Numbered from the stretch's first letter, positions 22,128 to 34,690 are shown. The stretch: DNA of 64,000 bases from Rebecca billardiae RCC1528 (GCA_965240325.2 OZ251227.1:434001-498000); one strand, 5' to 3'. The notes: generated by a model from the sequence alone, not told the origin. Made by a program: numbers and translations.

Positions 22128-22871
22128 TACCGTTGACTCGTCTCGGACGACGGCTAACACTTAACAGCTTAATAAGCCATTTGTTATTATTACGTAGACT
22201 TAAGTCGTACAGAGTTTGAAGTGAGTGTGACGGTCTCCGCGCAATAACTTGATTAATGGTCCGGTCCGATCGTCATATGAACGGACTGATGTATGACGAT
22301 GAATAATATGACGACGTTAATGTAGTTGCTGCCAATGCCATGAGGCTCTGACATGATCATTGTCAAAAGCCCAAGGCAGCCATTGGCGCCATTCCCCAGC
22401 TCGAGGTTTCAATCTCAAGGCGCTGAGCAATTCTAAGCGCCACCATGCTGAGGCTTCATTCCAATTCAAAACCTTATCATCGACCTCAACTGTCGGTTTT
22501 AATCACGTCCAGTGCACCAATTCATTCATCATCATTCATCGTGCATTTCATAATGGCCAACAAGCGTCGCGGAACAATCCAGGAATCAAAGCCTCCTGAG
22601 ATGTTCTCAAGCCTTCGCAGGGCAATGCACTATCAGATCATTCCGAGAACGTGCCTTCGCAATCAGAAGCCGAGAAGCAAAATCTCCAAACTTTCTAATC
22701 ACGAAAGTTCTGGGATGAGTCCTTCGTGAGAACCCTACAAAAGTTTTTCTCAGCGATCTGGAGCTACACCAGCCACACCACAAAACCGAACTGATCAGCA
22801 AGCAGGGAGACTCCTGCGCCACCATCGCCAAAGAGCGAACCTCCGCCAGCGCACGAAGTGCCAATCAATCA

Positions 22872-24071
22872 TCATCCCATCATGTCAGCACTTGCCCTTG
22901 GCATGTCGCACGACAGAGCCTCATGCAACGCCCAGCCCGCGACGATATGCCATGTCCCATGCAGGAGCGCGTAGGCAGCATACCGTCGGCGTCGGCGGCA
23001 GATGACCGAGCTCACAAATAGCACGAGGCCTACGGCGGCGGCCACCCGGCGCAAGTGCGTGCGTGGGCCGGCACAAAAGAGGAGCGGATGTGCCGCTGCT
23101 CCGCCGACAGTGCACGCGCACAGCACGTCACAAACGGCCAGCCGTCGCGTCCACCGAGAGCGTGCTGCGCGCACATCCCCGCTGGCACGGAGGCAGCAAT
23201 CGCACGAGCCCGTCTGCACGCTGTGGAAGAGCGTTGAGATCGCCGTGAGCGCTGCGATGGCCACCGCCGCGGTCCTCATGCCGACAGGAAGCGCTGTTGG
23301 CGGCGCCACGCCCGCTGCTGACAGCCGGTGCGCCGTCCACGAAGTGGCTGCAAAGGCCCCGTTGGTCGCGAGGAAGCCGAGCCGCGCAGGCGCACCCAGA
23401 CCTCTTGGAGCCCACTCGCTGAAGGTGGGGGGCAAGCGCGCGGCGCTGGGCGCCGGCTCGCGCCGCTCGGCGCGCTGCTGCCGCGCAAGCATTAGCGCGT
23501 GCCCGATGTGAGCCACGTTTGGAGTCCACCGGGGCAGCGTACACGAGATGAGGATCTCGTGCGCGTTGTTTGCCAGCCCGGCAGCGCACATGAGCCAGAT
23601 GCAGGGCCCAGCGCGACGCGCACGAGTGGCAAACAGCCCACCAAAGCCCACGAACAGCGTGACACCCCAGAGCTTGCCCGTGATTGAGTGGTAGGACGCG
23701 AGCCGACCGAACCGCGCGAGCGCGACCGCCCACTGCGCGAGGTGAGACGCGACACTCAGCGCAATGGGCAGCGCGTGCACCCCAAGTTCGTTCGGATACC
23801 ACCGGAGCGCCACGAGCAGCATTGAGACGTACAGCATCGTGTCGGCCCGGCTGTCGAGCACCGCGCCCAGCTCTGATGTTGAGCCCAGCGTGCGCGCCAC
23901 AGCGCCGTCGACCGCATCAGAGAGGCCCGCGAGGACGAAGACGGCATTGAAGGTCGGGCCGGGCTCTTGATACAACGACCAGGCGAGCAGGCCCGGCCCG
24001 GCGGCGAGCCGAAAGAGGGTCAAAGCGCTCGGGACGTGCACAGAGCACGCGCGCACGGCCGCAGCCGCCAT
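22872..24071 (-). CDS. CDP-alcohol phosphatidyltransferase fused to a CREST-like membrane domain
   Basis: PSALTLFR and the signature DAVDGAVARTLGSTSELGAVLDSRAD. The C-terminal TM region contains STLFH, CDVL and HGTWH. Confidence 0.85.
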   Translation of the reverse strand: MAAAAVRACSVHVPSALTLFRLAAGPGLLAWSLYQEPGPTFNAVFVLAGLSDAVDGAVARTLGSTSELGAVLDSRADTMLYVSMLLVALRWYPNELGVHALPIALSVASHLAQWAVALARFGRLASYHSITGKLWGVTLFVGFGGLFATRARRAGPCIWLMCAAGLANNAHEILISCTLPRWTPNVAHIGHALMLARQQRAERREPAPSAARLPPTFSEWAPRGLGAPARLGFLATNGAFAATSWTAHRLSAAGVAPPTALPVGMRTAAVAIAALTAISTLFHSVQTGSCDCCLRASGDVRAARSRWTRRLAVCDVLCACTVGGAAAHPLLFCAGPRTHLRRVAAAVGLVLFVSSVICRRRRRYAAYALLHGTWHIVAGWALHEALSCDMPRASADMMG

Positions 24072-24458
24072 CTTGACCGACGGCCCTTGGCCTCCGTGCT
24101 GAAAACACCGCGCCACTGTTTGATTCCACTGCCCAAGACGGCTACGCAGCCGCCATCTATCAGTAGGCCGACGACGGGTCGACGGCTACTACCCGCTTAC
24201 TGTCTCAGTAAATTGTAGTATTGGAACTGTCTCAAAGTTGCCGTGTTCTGCCGCCGTGTTCATTGATCATGACATCATATTTGAGCACCCGCGGGTAATC
24301 ACGTGCCATTTATCTCGGGAAAAAATGGCGATTCGTGCTCTGTGAGAATAATGGAGCTGTATTAGCGGGTCCGGAGCAACCACGGCGTCCGCCTTATCGC
24401 GACGACGAAAAAGGTGGGCGGCGGCTCCGGCCCCGGGCGTGCGCAAGAGCGACGAGGG

Positions 24459-27036
24459 ATGACGACCCTCGCTCCCGACGTCGAGGGGTCTGTCCGCTCG
24501 GAGGGGCGCGTGGATGAGTCCTCGTTCGCCGACGCACTCAATGCGGTGAATGTGCTGCATGCCGTGGCGGGCGACATGCGGGGCGAGCCAACGCAGGCCG
24601 TGGACGACGCCGTCTTCACGACGATCGAGCAGGTGCAGCTCCGCGAGGACTTTGGCAGCGAGAAGCCCACCGTGGTCGTCTCTGGCGACGACCAGGAGGA
24701 GGGCGCTGGCCCCGAGGCGTCGTCCGACCACGAGAAGAACGTCACATTCACGGAGCTCCGCGAGCCGACCGACACCATCCCGGCCGTCGCATCGACGGGC
24801 TCGCTCGGGTCGGACGTGGGTGCCGAGGCGATGTTCACGACCATCAAGTCCCCGCCCATGGCGCGCACGCCAACACGCGCGGCGGGCCCGGGGGGGGCGA
24901 GGCCATCGAGTGCGCAGAAGGCGCGCATGTCCTCGGCCGAACGTAGCACCACCGAGGAGAGCGCTCCCTCATTCAAGACCGTCGTCGCCGAGGCGGTGCG
25001 ACAGCACGCGGTGCGTGAGCTTCGGCGTGTGATCCTGCTGCTCCCGCTCGTGCTGTCGATGGTGGGGCACCGGGAGGAGCATCCGTTGCTCTGGGAGAGG
25101 TGGGAGGTGTGGTTCCTGCGCCCGCTCTACCTCCTCGTCGCCGCGCGCCTCTTCATCGGCCTCGTCTTCAAGCTGCTCGAGGTGGTGGGCGCGTACGAGA
25201 TGCTGCCAGCGCGCGCGACGATGCTGCTCAACGCCTTCCACGGCACGCCGATCATCACGATCGTGTGGCTGTCGATGTGGCCCGCGGTGCGGCTGCTGCC
25301 CAGCCCCGAGGGCGATGCGTGGAAGATGCTCATTCGGATGCCCTGGCGCGTCGGCCTCAACCTGCTCATCGGCCTCGGCGCGGGCGCGTACGGCCTGCTG
25401 CAGGCGGGCCTCTCCGGGGGGCTCTCGCACCTCAGCTCGCGCCACTTTGAGGAGCGCGTCAACCAGACGGTGCTCTCGCTGCGCGTGGTGCGCATCATCT
25501 TCTCCGAGGCGCGGAACATCGCCGTTCGACGGCAGAACAAGCGCAGGAAAGCGAACTCGCGGCACAACAGGGACAGGGACAGGCGCCCCTCGCGCCCGTC
25601 CAACGCCATGCTCTCCGTGACGAGCGGCAAGTCGCCCGGCGCGTCGCCCGCGATGAGCGCGAACGCCGGCAAGCCGCTGCCACGTGGCGAGTCGACGTCC
25701 GACCTGACGTCCGAGGATGGCGAGCTGTTCGACACGTCGATCTTCGACTTCCGCGAGCAGTACGCCGTGCTCGTCGGCGCGATGGGCCTCGGGCTGCTCA
25801 ACACGCTCGCAGAGTCTCGCAAGAAGGCGCGCAAGGCGTTCCAGCTGCTGCTGCACGGCCAGCTCAACGACGAGCAGACCTCCGCGAGCGCGGCGGCGAA
25901 GGCGCAGTCGGGCGCGAACGGCAACGGCCCGCTGAGCCCGCCCGCCTTCGACGACGCGGATGTGATGTTGGTCCGGCGCTCGTACATCGAGCACGTGTGC
26001 GGCGAGGCGGCGGAGCGCAAGGGCGGCAAGCTCGCGCGTATGCAGGTCACGGCGCACGTCACGTCGCTCTTCGCGAACAAGGCGGTGACGGAGGAGGAGT
26101 TTGTCGCGGCGTTCGAGCGCGTGTACCGCGAGCAGCGCCTCGTCCGCGCGAGCATCGACTCCTTCGACCTGCTCCAGGACCGCATCCGCGCCGTCGCCAC
26201 CGTCGCGTGGGCGCTCCTCTTTGGCGTGGCGCTCGTCTTCATCCCAGACTGGGGCGATGCGGACATCTCCGACTCGGTCGTCGTGCCCATCGCCACGTCG
26301 GGCTTCTCGGTGGTCTACGCGCTGGGCTGGCTGCCGTACGAGACCGTCTCCGGAGCCCTGTGCGCGCACCGCGCGACGCGCCCCCGCCTCCGCCCGCGCG
26401 GCCTGACGAGCCCCTTCCCACGTCGGGCCTGGCTGCGCTGCCCTGGCGCGCGCCGTGGCCCCGCTCGGACGCAGCTACACCATCTACATCCGCCCGTACG
26501 ACATCGGCGACCGCGTCATCATCGGCAACCCGGGCAGCCCGATGGACACCACGCACTTCATCGTCACGGAGATCTGGCTCACGTACACCCGGCTCGTCGA
26601 CGCCGCGACCGGCCGCTCGCACATCATGATGAACCACATCCTCCGCCGGCTGGACGTGTGCAACCTGAACCGCTCCAAGGCTGCCACCTACTACCTGGAC
26701 GTGCAGGTGCCCGCCTCCACGTCCGTCGTCAAGATCGCCGAGCTGATCGACGCGGTGCGCACGTTCATCCTGGAGACGTCGAACGAGTGGAGCGCCGCGA
26801 ACGCGGCCGTGGACTCGGCTCAGTACGACCAGGGCATGATGGTCATCAACTTTGAGATGACGAGCGCGCACAAGGCGCACGAGATCGGCCCGTGGTGGCA
26901 ATCGCGCTCCAAGGTCATCCTCTTCATCCACGAGTACATGCTGAACAGTGGCATGGAGTACATCAAGCCACCACAGCCGCTCTTCTCCGCCACGCCGATG
27001 GGCGGCAATCGGCGAGGGGGGGCAAGCACCAGTTGA
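24459..27036 (+). CDS. MscS-like mechanosensitive ion channel (eukaryotic MSL type); intron 26360-26474
   Basis: Multiple TM helices and EF-hand-like VTEEEFVAAFERVYREQR. Spliced ALYTIYIRPYDIGDRVII, VTEIWLTYT and VCNLNRS form the MscS beta domain. Confidence 0.85.
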
Positions 27037-27356
27037 TAAGCTGCGAGGTGAGTGGGCTTGACGGGCGACTACGCGTCGTCGTCATCGGCGCCGGGCACGG
27101 CGCTTATTTTATTCATGCAGTCGATCAATGATCACAGCTGCGACGACGCGCGATTGATGGCGCCCGGCAATATCGAACGGCACGGCGGCGCGCGCATAGA
27201 CTACTAGTAACTAAGCACTACATCATCGTCAAGCCCGCAGGGCGGGCAGTCGCATCCGTACCGGCAACGACGCGAATATATATATTTTAAGAAACTTCGT
27301 ATTATTTACTCGCGTTGAATTGGTCTTGGAATTTCAGCAATAAACCAAAAGTGTCG

Positions 27357-27376
27357 TATATATATATATATATATA

Positions 27377-27417
<41 letters not shown>
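27357..27417. repeat. (TA)n(TG)n(TA)n compound microsatellite
   Basis: Read directly from the sequence. Confidence 0.95.
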
Positions 27418-27420
<3 letters not shown>

Positions 27421-28088
27421 CAGGAGAATCACGAACGCCCCCCCCAAGTATCATCAGAAAGATGCAGACGCCTTTTCCCTATTAGTTGAGTTCGCATTCT
27501 TCGTCGATATTATTACTTACTATCATATCCAAATATTAAGAGTTATAATACGGGCAGCAGGGGAGAAGCCGTCACATATTGACGCTGCAATCAGACCGTC
27601 ATCAAGGGCAGCGATATCGTCTCACATGATGCGGTGTTCACACCTAAATCCACGACCTACAAAAATCCCCAAATTGTCATCCTGCGCGCATTCTCTTTTT
27701 TGATTTTGCGGAGCACGTGCGCCGCCCCCCCCCCCCGGCTTTCGCTCACGCTCAGACCTTTCGCCTTTCGGGGGCGGGCCGTGCGCCATATCTCTAGCTA
27801 ACCTAAGTTTTAAAATGAGCAGCAGCATTATTATTTATAATCAGTTACGACGACAGCAGCTAGCTCGACAGATCTTGATATATGACGAATATATCTAGAG
27901 TTATTGTGCAATGACGACCGCCGCTACAACTCGTAAGTCGTAGCAGTCGTATTACCGACGGCGACGACTCGTCGTATAGTAGTACCAGTACGACTGACTG
28001 ATATTGTCGCGAGTCACTGTCGGCGTGCCTGTGTCGGCGGCCGGAGGCCCGCGACTCTCGGGCTCGGAGCCGCGCGCCGCCAGCAGCA

Positions 28089-29000
28089 TCAGCTCCCAGC
28101 CGTCGAGTAGTTCTTGTACTCGGGGGTTGCGTCGAACGCGTTGACCCGCATGCCTCGCACAAAGGCGGGCCGCTCGCCCAGCCGCTTCTCCCATGCCATC
28201 AGCCGTGGGAAGCGCGCCTCGAGCTCGAGCTCGGCGCGCGCCGCGTAGAAGGTCGAGAGGCAACGCACCCAGGGGAACCACGCGAGGTCGGCGAGCGTGA
28301 GCTGCTGTCCGAGCAGGAACGGCCGCTCGTCAGCGAGCGCTCGCTCGAGCACGTCGCACAGCCGCTGCACCTCCATCGTGTACCGCTCGTGCGCGTACAC
28401 GATGCGCCTGCCCTGCGCAGCGCCCGGCGCGTACTTGTGGAAATGGCCGAATTGGCCAAAGAATGGACCGGCGCCCACCTGGAAGAAGAGCCACTGGAGG
28501 CACTCGGAGCGCTGGGCAGGATCGGCCGGGAGGAGGCCCGAGCCGGTCTTCTCCGCGAGGTGAAGCATGATCGCGCCCGACTCAAAAATCGAGTGGCCGC
28601 CAGCCTTCTCAGCCGCTGTCGTTGCATGCGCTTGGTCCACGAGCATCGGGATCTTCGAGTTGGGGCAGCGCGCCGTGAACTCGCTGCCGAATTGGTCGCC
28701 GGCCATGATGGAGATGAAGTGCGCATCGTACGCGAGCCCCAGCTCCTCGAGCAGGATGGTCACCTTGTGGCCATTCGGCGTTCCGCACGAATACAGCTGC
28801 AGAGGAGCCGTGCCGCGTGGCAGGGCGCGTTCGAATCGAGGGCCGGCTGTGGGGCGATTGATTGAGCCCCACGTGCCGCCGGCACCTCGAGCACCCGGGG
28901 CTGTGCGTCTCCCTCGCCAGAAGCCGATCGCGGCAGCAGCTCCGAGAGCCACGCCACCCACGATCCACCGTGCCGCGGATGATGGTGAGTCCGCCATCAT
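28089..29000 (-). CDS. Nu-class glutathione S-transferase / disulfide oxidoreductase (YghU-like) with N-terminal membrane anchor
   Basis: SINRPTAG...LPRGTAPLQLYSCGTPNGHKVTILLEELG, PNSKIP, IFESGAI, WLFFQVG and TLADLAWFPW. Confidence 0.92.
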   Translation of the reverse strand: MMADSPSSAARWIVGGVALGAAAAIGFWRGRRTAPGARGAGGTWGSINRPTAGPRFERALPRGTAPLQLYSCGTPNGHKVTILLEELGLAYDAHFISIMAGDQFGSEFTARCPNSKIPMLVDQAHATTAAEKAGGHSIFESGAIMLHLAEKTGSGLLPADPAQRSECLQWLFFQVGAGPFFGQFGHFHKYAPGAAQGRRIVYAHERYTMEVQRLCDVLERALADERPFLLGQQLTLADLAWFPWVRCLSTFYAARAELELEARFPRLMAWEKRLGERPAFVRGMRVNAFDATPEYKNYSTAGS

Positions 29001-29333
29001 CGATTTTTGATTAGCAAGGCCATGGCAGCGGCGGCAGCAGCGGCGGCGGCGGCTTGCGCAGCCGTGCAGCGGCCGAGGACGGTGCATGCAGGGTACTGTC
29101 TGTGTGCGTCTCTTATTATTCTTAGTAAACTGTAGTAGCAGCTACAGTTTCGGGTAACTACATGACGGTACGTTACCCGTACATACAGTACTGACTACTA
29201 ATGGTACGGATACCGGCTCAGCAGTCTCTTAAACGTAGAGGACAGCTATACTAACAACGGTAACGAGTCAGTGAGCATCGTCGCGTCGTGAGTGCGCGCG
29301 TCGTCATGGATCACTGTGACTGGCTAGCTGACA

Positions 29334-32300
29334 CTATTCACGTGTTCGAGCACGCAACGGCGGCGTGCGTCGAGGCCCAGAGCCTGCGCTTGCGCCTGCG
29401 CCGCCGGCAATGTCGGCGGTCAATCCGTCCGAGGCCGACCCCGAGCGGCGGTGCAGCCGGTTGGCTGCGGATGGCGACAGAGCGCGCCCGCGCTGCGCCG
29501 CCTTCGCGGACGTCTGCATCGGCGGCGAGCCCGTGCCCCTGACCGGCGGCGCACGCATGGGCCCAGCTGAGTGCGGGCGCAGGCCGGCGCGGCCGGGGCT
29601 CGGCGACCGCGCCGCGCGCGGGCTGCGGCCGAGCGGGCGCGCGTGAGGCTTGGCGCGAGCGTTGGCCGCGCCGTTCGTGCGCGCGGGCATCGCTCGCCAC
29701 GTCGGCTGGCTCGACGTGGGCGACGGCGTCGCGCTCGCCAGCGAGACCAGCTCGGCGCGCTGCTCTGGCGAGAGCCCCAGCTCGCCGTCGAGAACAAAGC
29801 GCAGCCCGCCCTCGCCCAGCCGGCTGCTCAGCTCGACAACCAGCTGCGTGCGGAGGAAGCCGACGAGCGCGGAGGCGGCCGCGTGCTCGCGCGAGGCCGC
29901 GACGGCGCGCAGCAGGTCCTGCAGGTACGTGCGCTCGTCGCCGGGCGCGCGCTGCTGCAAGGTCGCCGAGAGGCCACCGTCCCAGGGGTGCCTGCGGCGC
30001 GCGCGAGCCGGGGGCGTGTGCGCGTGCGCGTGCGCGTGGGCGTGACGGTTCGCTGGGGCCCAGGCGCGGCGCGTGGCGCCGCGCGTGCCCTCCGAGCGAT
30101 CCGCGGGGGGCGAGGGTGCCCCGCCGCCTGCGCCGCGCACCGCAGCGCGCCCGCGCACCTGAGGAAGCACATGTACACGGAGCACAGCCCCATCTCCGCG
30201 ATGGGCAGCTTGGGGAGCGCCAGCCCCGCCTCGTCCACAGCGGCGCCGTGCTCGGAGCGCATCGCGCGCAGCGCCGAGTCGAGCACCGTGTGCGGCAGCA
30301 GCTCGGAGCAGCACGCGCACCGGAGCGCCTCGCGCACGCCGGGCCGCACGCTCGCCGCGACGACCGGCTCGTCCTCCGCCAGCAGGTAGTACAGCGCGTC
30401 GAGCAGCGAGAGGTTGGTCCAGCCCGCCTTGGCGTCGAGCCCGGGCGAGCTGTCGTCCGGCGGCGCGCGCAGCAGGTGCGGGGTGGCGTGTCTGTAGCAC
30501 AGGTACTCGGCGATGTGCGTGAGCGCGTGCTGCAGCAGCTTGGGCGACATCGCGAGGTGGAGGATGCTGCGCGGCGCACGCGGGGTCGGCAGGGCGCGCG
30601 CGCGAGCCACGGGCGTGAGCGCCGTGCGCGCGCGGGCGCCGCGCATCGGGCGGGCTGGGCGGCTGGGCCGGTGTCGCGCCATCGGCGGTGCGTCGGCGCA
30701 CGGCGGGTGTCGCGCGCACCGCCCCGCGAACGCCACCATCGTGCGGAATGCGCGCAGCCGGCTCGGGCTGGGCTCGGCGCGCCCGCCGCGGGCGAGCTCG
30801 TCATCGCACAGCCGGTGGCAGCGGCGGATGCGCACGAGGCAGTTGTGCACGAGCGCCGGATCGATCCGGACCGCCTCCTGGCCGTGCGGCCACGCGCTGT
30901 AGCAGTGCTTCACCAGCTGCAGCACCGCGCCGATCTCGTCGTCCAGATCGGCGCACAGCTCGAGCGAGGCGGCCGAGCCGTCGAAGGTGCGGTGCAGGTT
31001 GAGCGCGCCCGCGTCGCGCAGCAGCATCGGCGCCTCCATCGAGTGCCGCCGCTCGCCGAGAGAGTGCGCGTGCGCGTGCGCGTGCGCGCCCTCCGCCTCG
31101 TCCGCGCACGCGGGGAGGCCCTCGAGCGCGGAGACCGCGGCCGGGTCGAGCTGGTGCGTGGGCTCGCGCGCGTCCGAGGCGGGCACGAAGTCCGGCGCGC
31201 GGATCGTGTAGAGCAGCGCGCCGGTGAACTGGCGGCCGGGGCCGCCGGGGCTCTGCGCACCCTCCGCGCGCGCGCCGAACGCGCGCAGCGGCGGCCGCTT
31301 GGCCGGCGACGCCACCGCCTTGCGCGCCGCGGCAGCGGCGCCCGTGGCCGAGGAGGAGGTGCGCGGGCGGCGCGCGGGGGACTCCGCGCCCCGCCGGCTG
31401 CCAGAGTGCGCGCCTCGCGCGTCCTCCGCGCGCATGCCCGCGCCCCTGAGCAGCTCGTCCACCGTGTCCGCGTCCAGCTCGGCCATCCGCACCACGCCCG
31501 CCAGCCGCTCGCCCACGTGCGCGTGCAGCACGAGCAGGACCTCGCCGACGAGGTGCTTGTTCAGCGCGGACTTGGACGCGTCCGCGCGCGCCATCGCGAG
31601 CACGCTCACCAGCGCGTGCAGCTTCGAGCGCAGATTCGTCACGCGGCACGGCCCGTCAAAGTAGGCGCGCACGGCCGACCACGGGTGCCGCCTGAGGCAC
31701 ATGTACACGACCGTCAGGCCCATCTCACGCGCGCGCAGCGCAAAGTCGTCGCGCTGCTTGACCGAGCGCAGCATGCACTCCACCGCGCTCTCCACCAGCA
31801 CGGACGCCGGCGCCGCCGAGCACGCCGCGCAGCGCAGCGACTCGCGCACCGCCGCGCGCGACGACTCGTTGAGCTGCGAGCCCTTCGCCAGCAGCCCAAA
31901 CAGAGCGCCCAGCGCGTCACGCACCACCGCCAGCGCACTGCCGTTCGACGCGCGCCGCTCGGCGGCCGCGACGCCGAGCACGGCCGGCGTGACGTGCGCG
32001 AAGCAGAAGAACTCGCCCATGTGCTTCACCGCCTGGTTGTACAGCACGCTGCGCCCCGAGCGCTTCACCACCATCGTGCAGAAGTCGAGCATCTGGAACG
32101 ACGCGTCCACGTCCGCGTCAGACACCGCGCCCGCGTCGTCGAGCAGCCGGTGCCACCGCCGCACGCGCACGAGCGCGTTGTGCAGCAGCGCGACCACCGG
32201 GTTGTTCACGCCGCCCTGCGTCTTCTTCGCCCACAGCGACTCGTCCACCGCCGCGTGCTGCAGCAGCTCGAGCACCATCCCGCGCTCGTCCTCAAGCTCC

Positions 32301-34690
32301 TCCCACACCTCGTGCGAGCGGCGCGCCTCGGCGGCGTGGCTCACGCGCAGGCCGAGCTCGCGCTCGCCCGTCGCGCGCACGCTCGCCGGGATCACGAACG
32401 AGTCGTGGTGCATGCCCGCGCGCGCGTCGGCGTCCACGGTCACCGGCGCGGCGGGCCGGCGCGCGTTCAGCTCCTCGGACGCGGCGGGCAGCGCCTCGAG
32501 CGCCGCCACCGCCTCGGCCTCGATGCACGTGCTCGGCGCCGCGGCCACGCCGCCCGCCGAGCCCGCGCCCCACGCGCCCTCCGGGAGTCCGGGAGGCGGG
32601 GTCGCGAAATCCGGCTCGGTGAGCGTGAGCAGGCCCGCGTGCAGGTGGGGCGAGGTCGAGTCGGCTCGACGCCGGCCACTGCCGGGCGGGGAGCGCACGC
32701 CGTGCGGGCTGCCCACGCTCAGCGGCGAGGGCCCATCCTGAGGCACCATGACAGCCGTGGGCGGCCGCACGCCCGGCACGCCGCTGCCCGCGCCGCGCGC
32801 GCGGTCGGCTGATTGCGGGCGCCTCGGGAGCGCCGAGATGGAGCTGCTCGTCGACGGCCCCGAGATGCCCGAGCTCTCCTCACCGAGCACCGACGGGTGC
32901 GCCGAGATGGACGAGGGCCGATTGTCTCGCCGCGCGGCAGGGTCCGTGGCGGGCCCGTCTCCGCGCAGCGCGTGCCGGACCGTTGACGCGGGGCCGCGAG
33001 CGCGCGGCGCGCTGCGCTCGCCGGAGGTGCGCTGCCTGCGCCCGGGCGAGGGATATCGCCGGTCGGCCGCGCTCGGCGAGCCGCGACGCGCGCCTGACCT
33101 GCGCTCGACCGTGCGCGCCGCCGACGCCGAGCGCTCCCCCGGCTCCGCCTCCGCGCGCATGCCCGCGCCCCTGAGCAGCTCGTCCACCGTGTCCGCGTCC
33201 AGCTCGGCCATCCGCACCACGCCCGCCAGCCGCTCGCCCACGTGCGCGTGCAGCACGAGCAGGACCTCGCCGACGAGGTGCTTGTTCAGCGCGGACTTGG
33301 ACGCGTCCGCGCGCGCCATCGCGAGCACGCTCACCAGCGCGTGCAGCTTCGAGCGCAGATTCGTCACGCGGCACGGCCCGTCAAAGTAGGCGCGCACGGC
33401 CGACCACGGGTGCCGCCTGAGGCACATGTACACGACCGTCAGGCCCATCTCACGCGCGCGCAGCGCAAAGTCGTCGCGCTGCTTGACCGAGCGCAGCATG
33501 CACTCCACCGCGCTCTCCACCAGCACGGACGCCGGCGCCGCCGAGCACGCCGCGCAGCGCAGCGACTCGCGCACCGCCGCGCGCGACGACTCGTTGAGCT
33601 GCGAGCCCTTCGCCAGCAGCCCAAACAGCGCGCCCAGCGCGTCACGCACCACCGCCAGCGCACTGCCGTTCGACGCGCGCCGCTCGGCGGCCGCGACGCC
33701 GAGCACGGCCGGCGTGACGTGCGCGAAGCAGAAGAACTCGCCCATGTGCTTCACCGCCTGGTTGTACAGCACGCTGCGCCCCGAGCGCTTCACCACCATC
33801 GTGCAGAAGTCGAGCATCTGGATCGACGCGTCCACGTCCGCGTCAGACACCGCGCCCGCGTCGTCGAGCAGCCGGTGCCACCGCCGCACGCGCACGAGCG
33901 CGTTGTGCAGCAGCGCGACCACCGGGTTGTTCACGCCGCCCTGCGTCTTCTTCGCCCACAGCGACTCGTCCACCGCCGCGTGCTGCAGCAGCTCGAGCAC
34001 CATCCCGCGCTCGTCCTCCAGCTCCTCCCACACCTCGTGCGAGCGGCGCGCCTCGGCGGCGTGGCTCACGCGCAGGCCGAGCTCGCGCTCGCCCGTCGCG
34101 CGCACGCTCGCCGGGATCACGAACGAGTCGTGGTGCATGCCCGCGCGCGCGTCGGCGTCCACGGTCACCGGCGCGGCGGGCCGGCGCGCGTTCAGCTCCT
34201 CCGACGCGGCGGGCAGCGCCTCGAGCGCCGCCACCGTCTCGGCATCGATGTGCGTGCCGGAGCCCGGCGGCTCGCGCGAGAAGCACGGCTCGTCGAGCGT
34301 CCGTATCCGCGAGTTCTCCTCCTGGACGCCGTCCTCCGCGCGGGCGCGCGACAGCCGCTGTGCGCGCGGCAGCGCCCTCACGACATCGCCAGTTGCGCGC
34401 AGCGCACGGCCCGGCAGGTAGCCGCCAAGGTCGGCGGTCGCGTACAGGCCGTGCGCGTTGGCCGAGACGGCCATGTCATCGGTGGCTCGACGCGCGCTTT
34501 GGCTCGCCACCGACATCGTCGAGCCGCCAAAGTCCGATGCTCGCCTCGCGAGCGATAGCCGCCGTCGCGGCCAGCCGAAGGGATCATCCGACTGGTCCGC
34601 GCCGCGCGCTGAGAGCGGCATCAGCGAGCGCACCGCGCGGAGCTGCTGCGACTCCTGCAGGAGCCCGCCCACATAGTCCACGTCGTCCAT
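29334..34690 (-). CDS. Large protein with three tandem alpha-helical (HEAT/TOG-like?) domains; introns 29992-30158 and 30567-30719
   Basis: One long ORF plus two GTGCGC..GCAG introns. Splicing restores a third, diverged unit (LVHNCLVRIRR, EMGLCSVYMCFLRHPW) matching units 1 and 2 (LLHNALVRVRR, EMGLTVVYMCLRRHPW). Confidence 0.75.
31423..34250. repeat. Near-identical 1.1-kb direct repeat inside the CDS (31423-32525 and 33148-34250; offset 1725)
   Basis: About 6 substitutions seen over ~1100 bp. Confidence 0.95.
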
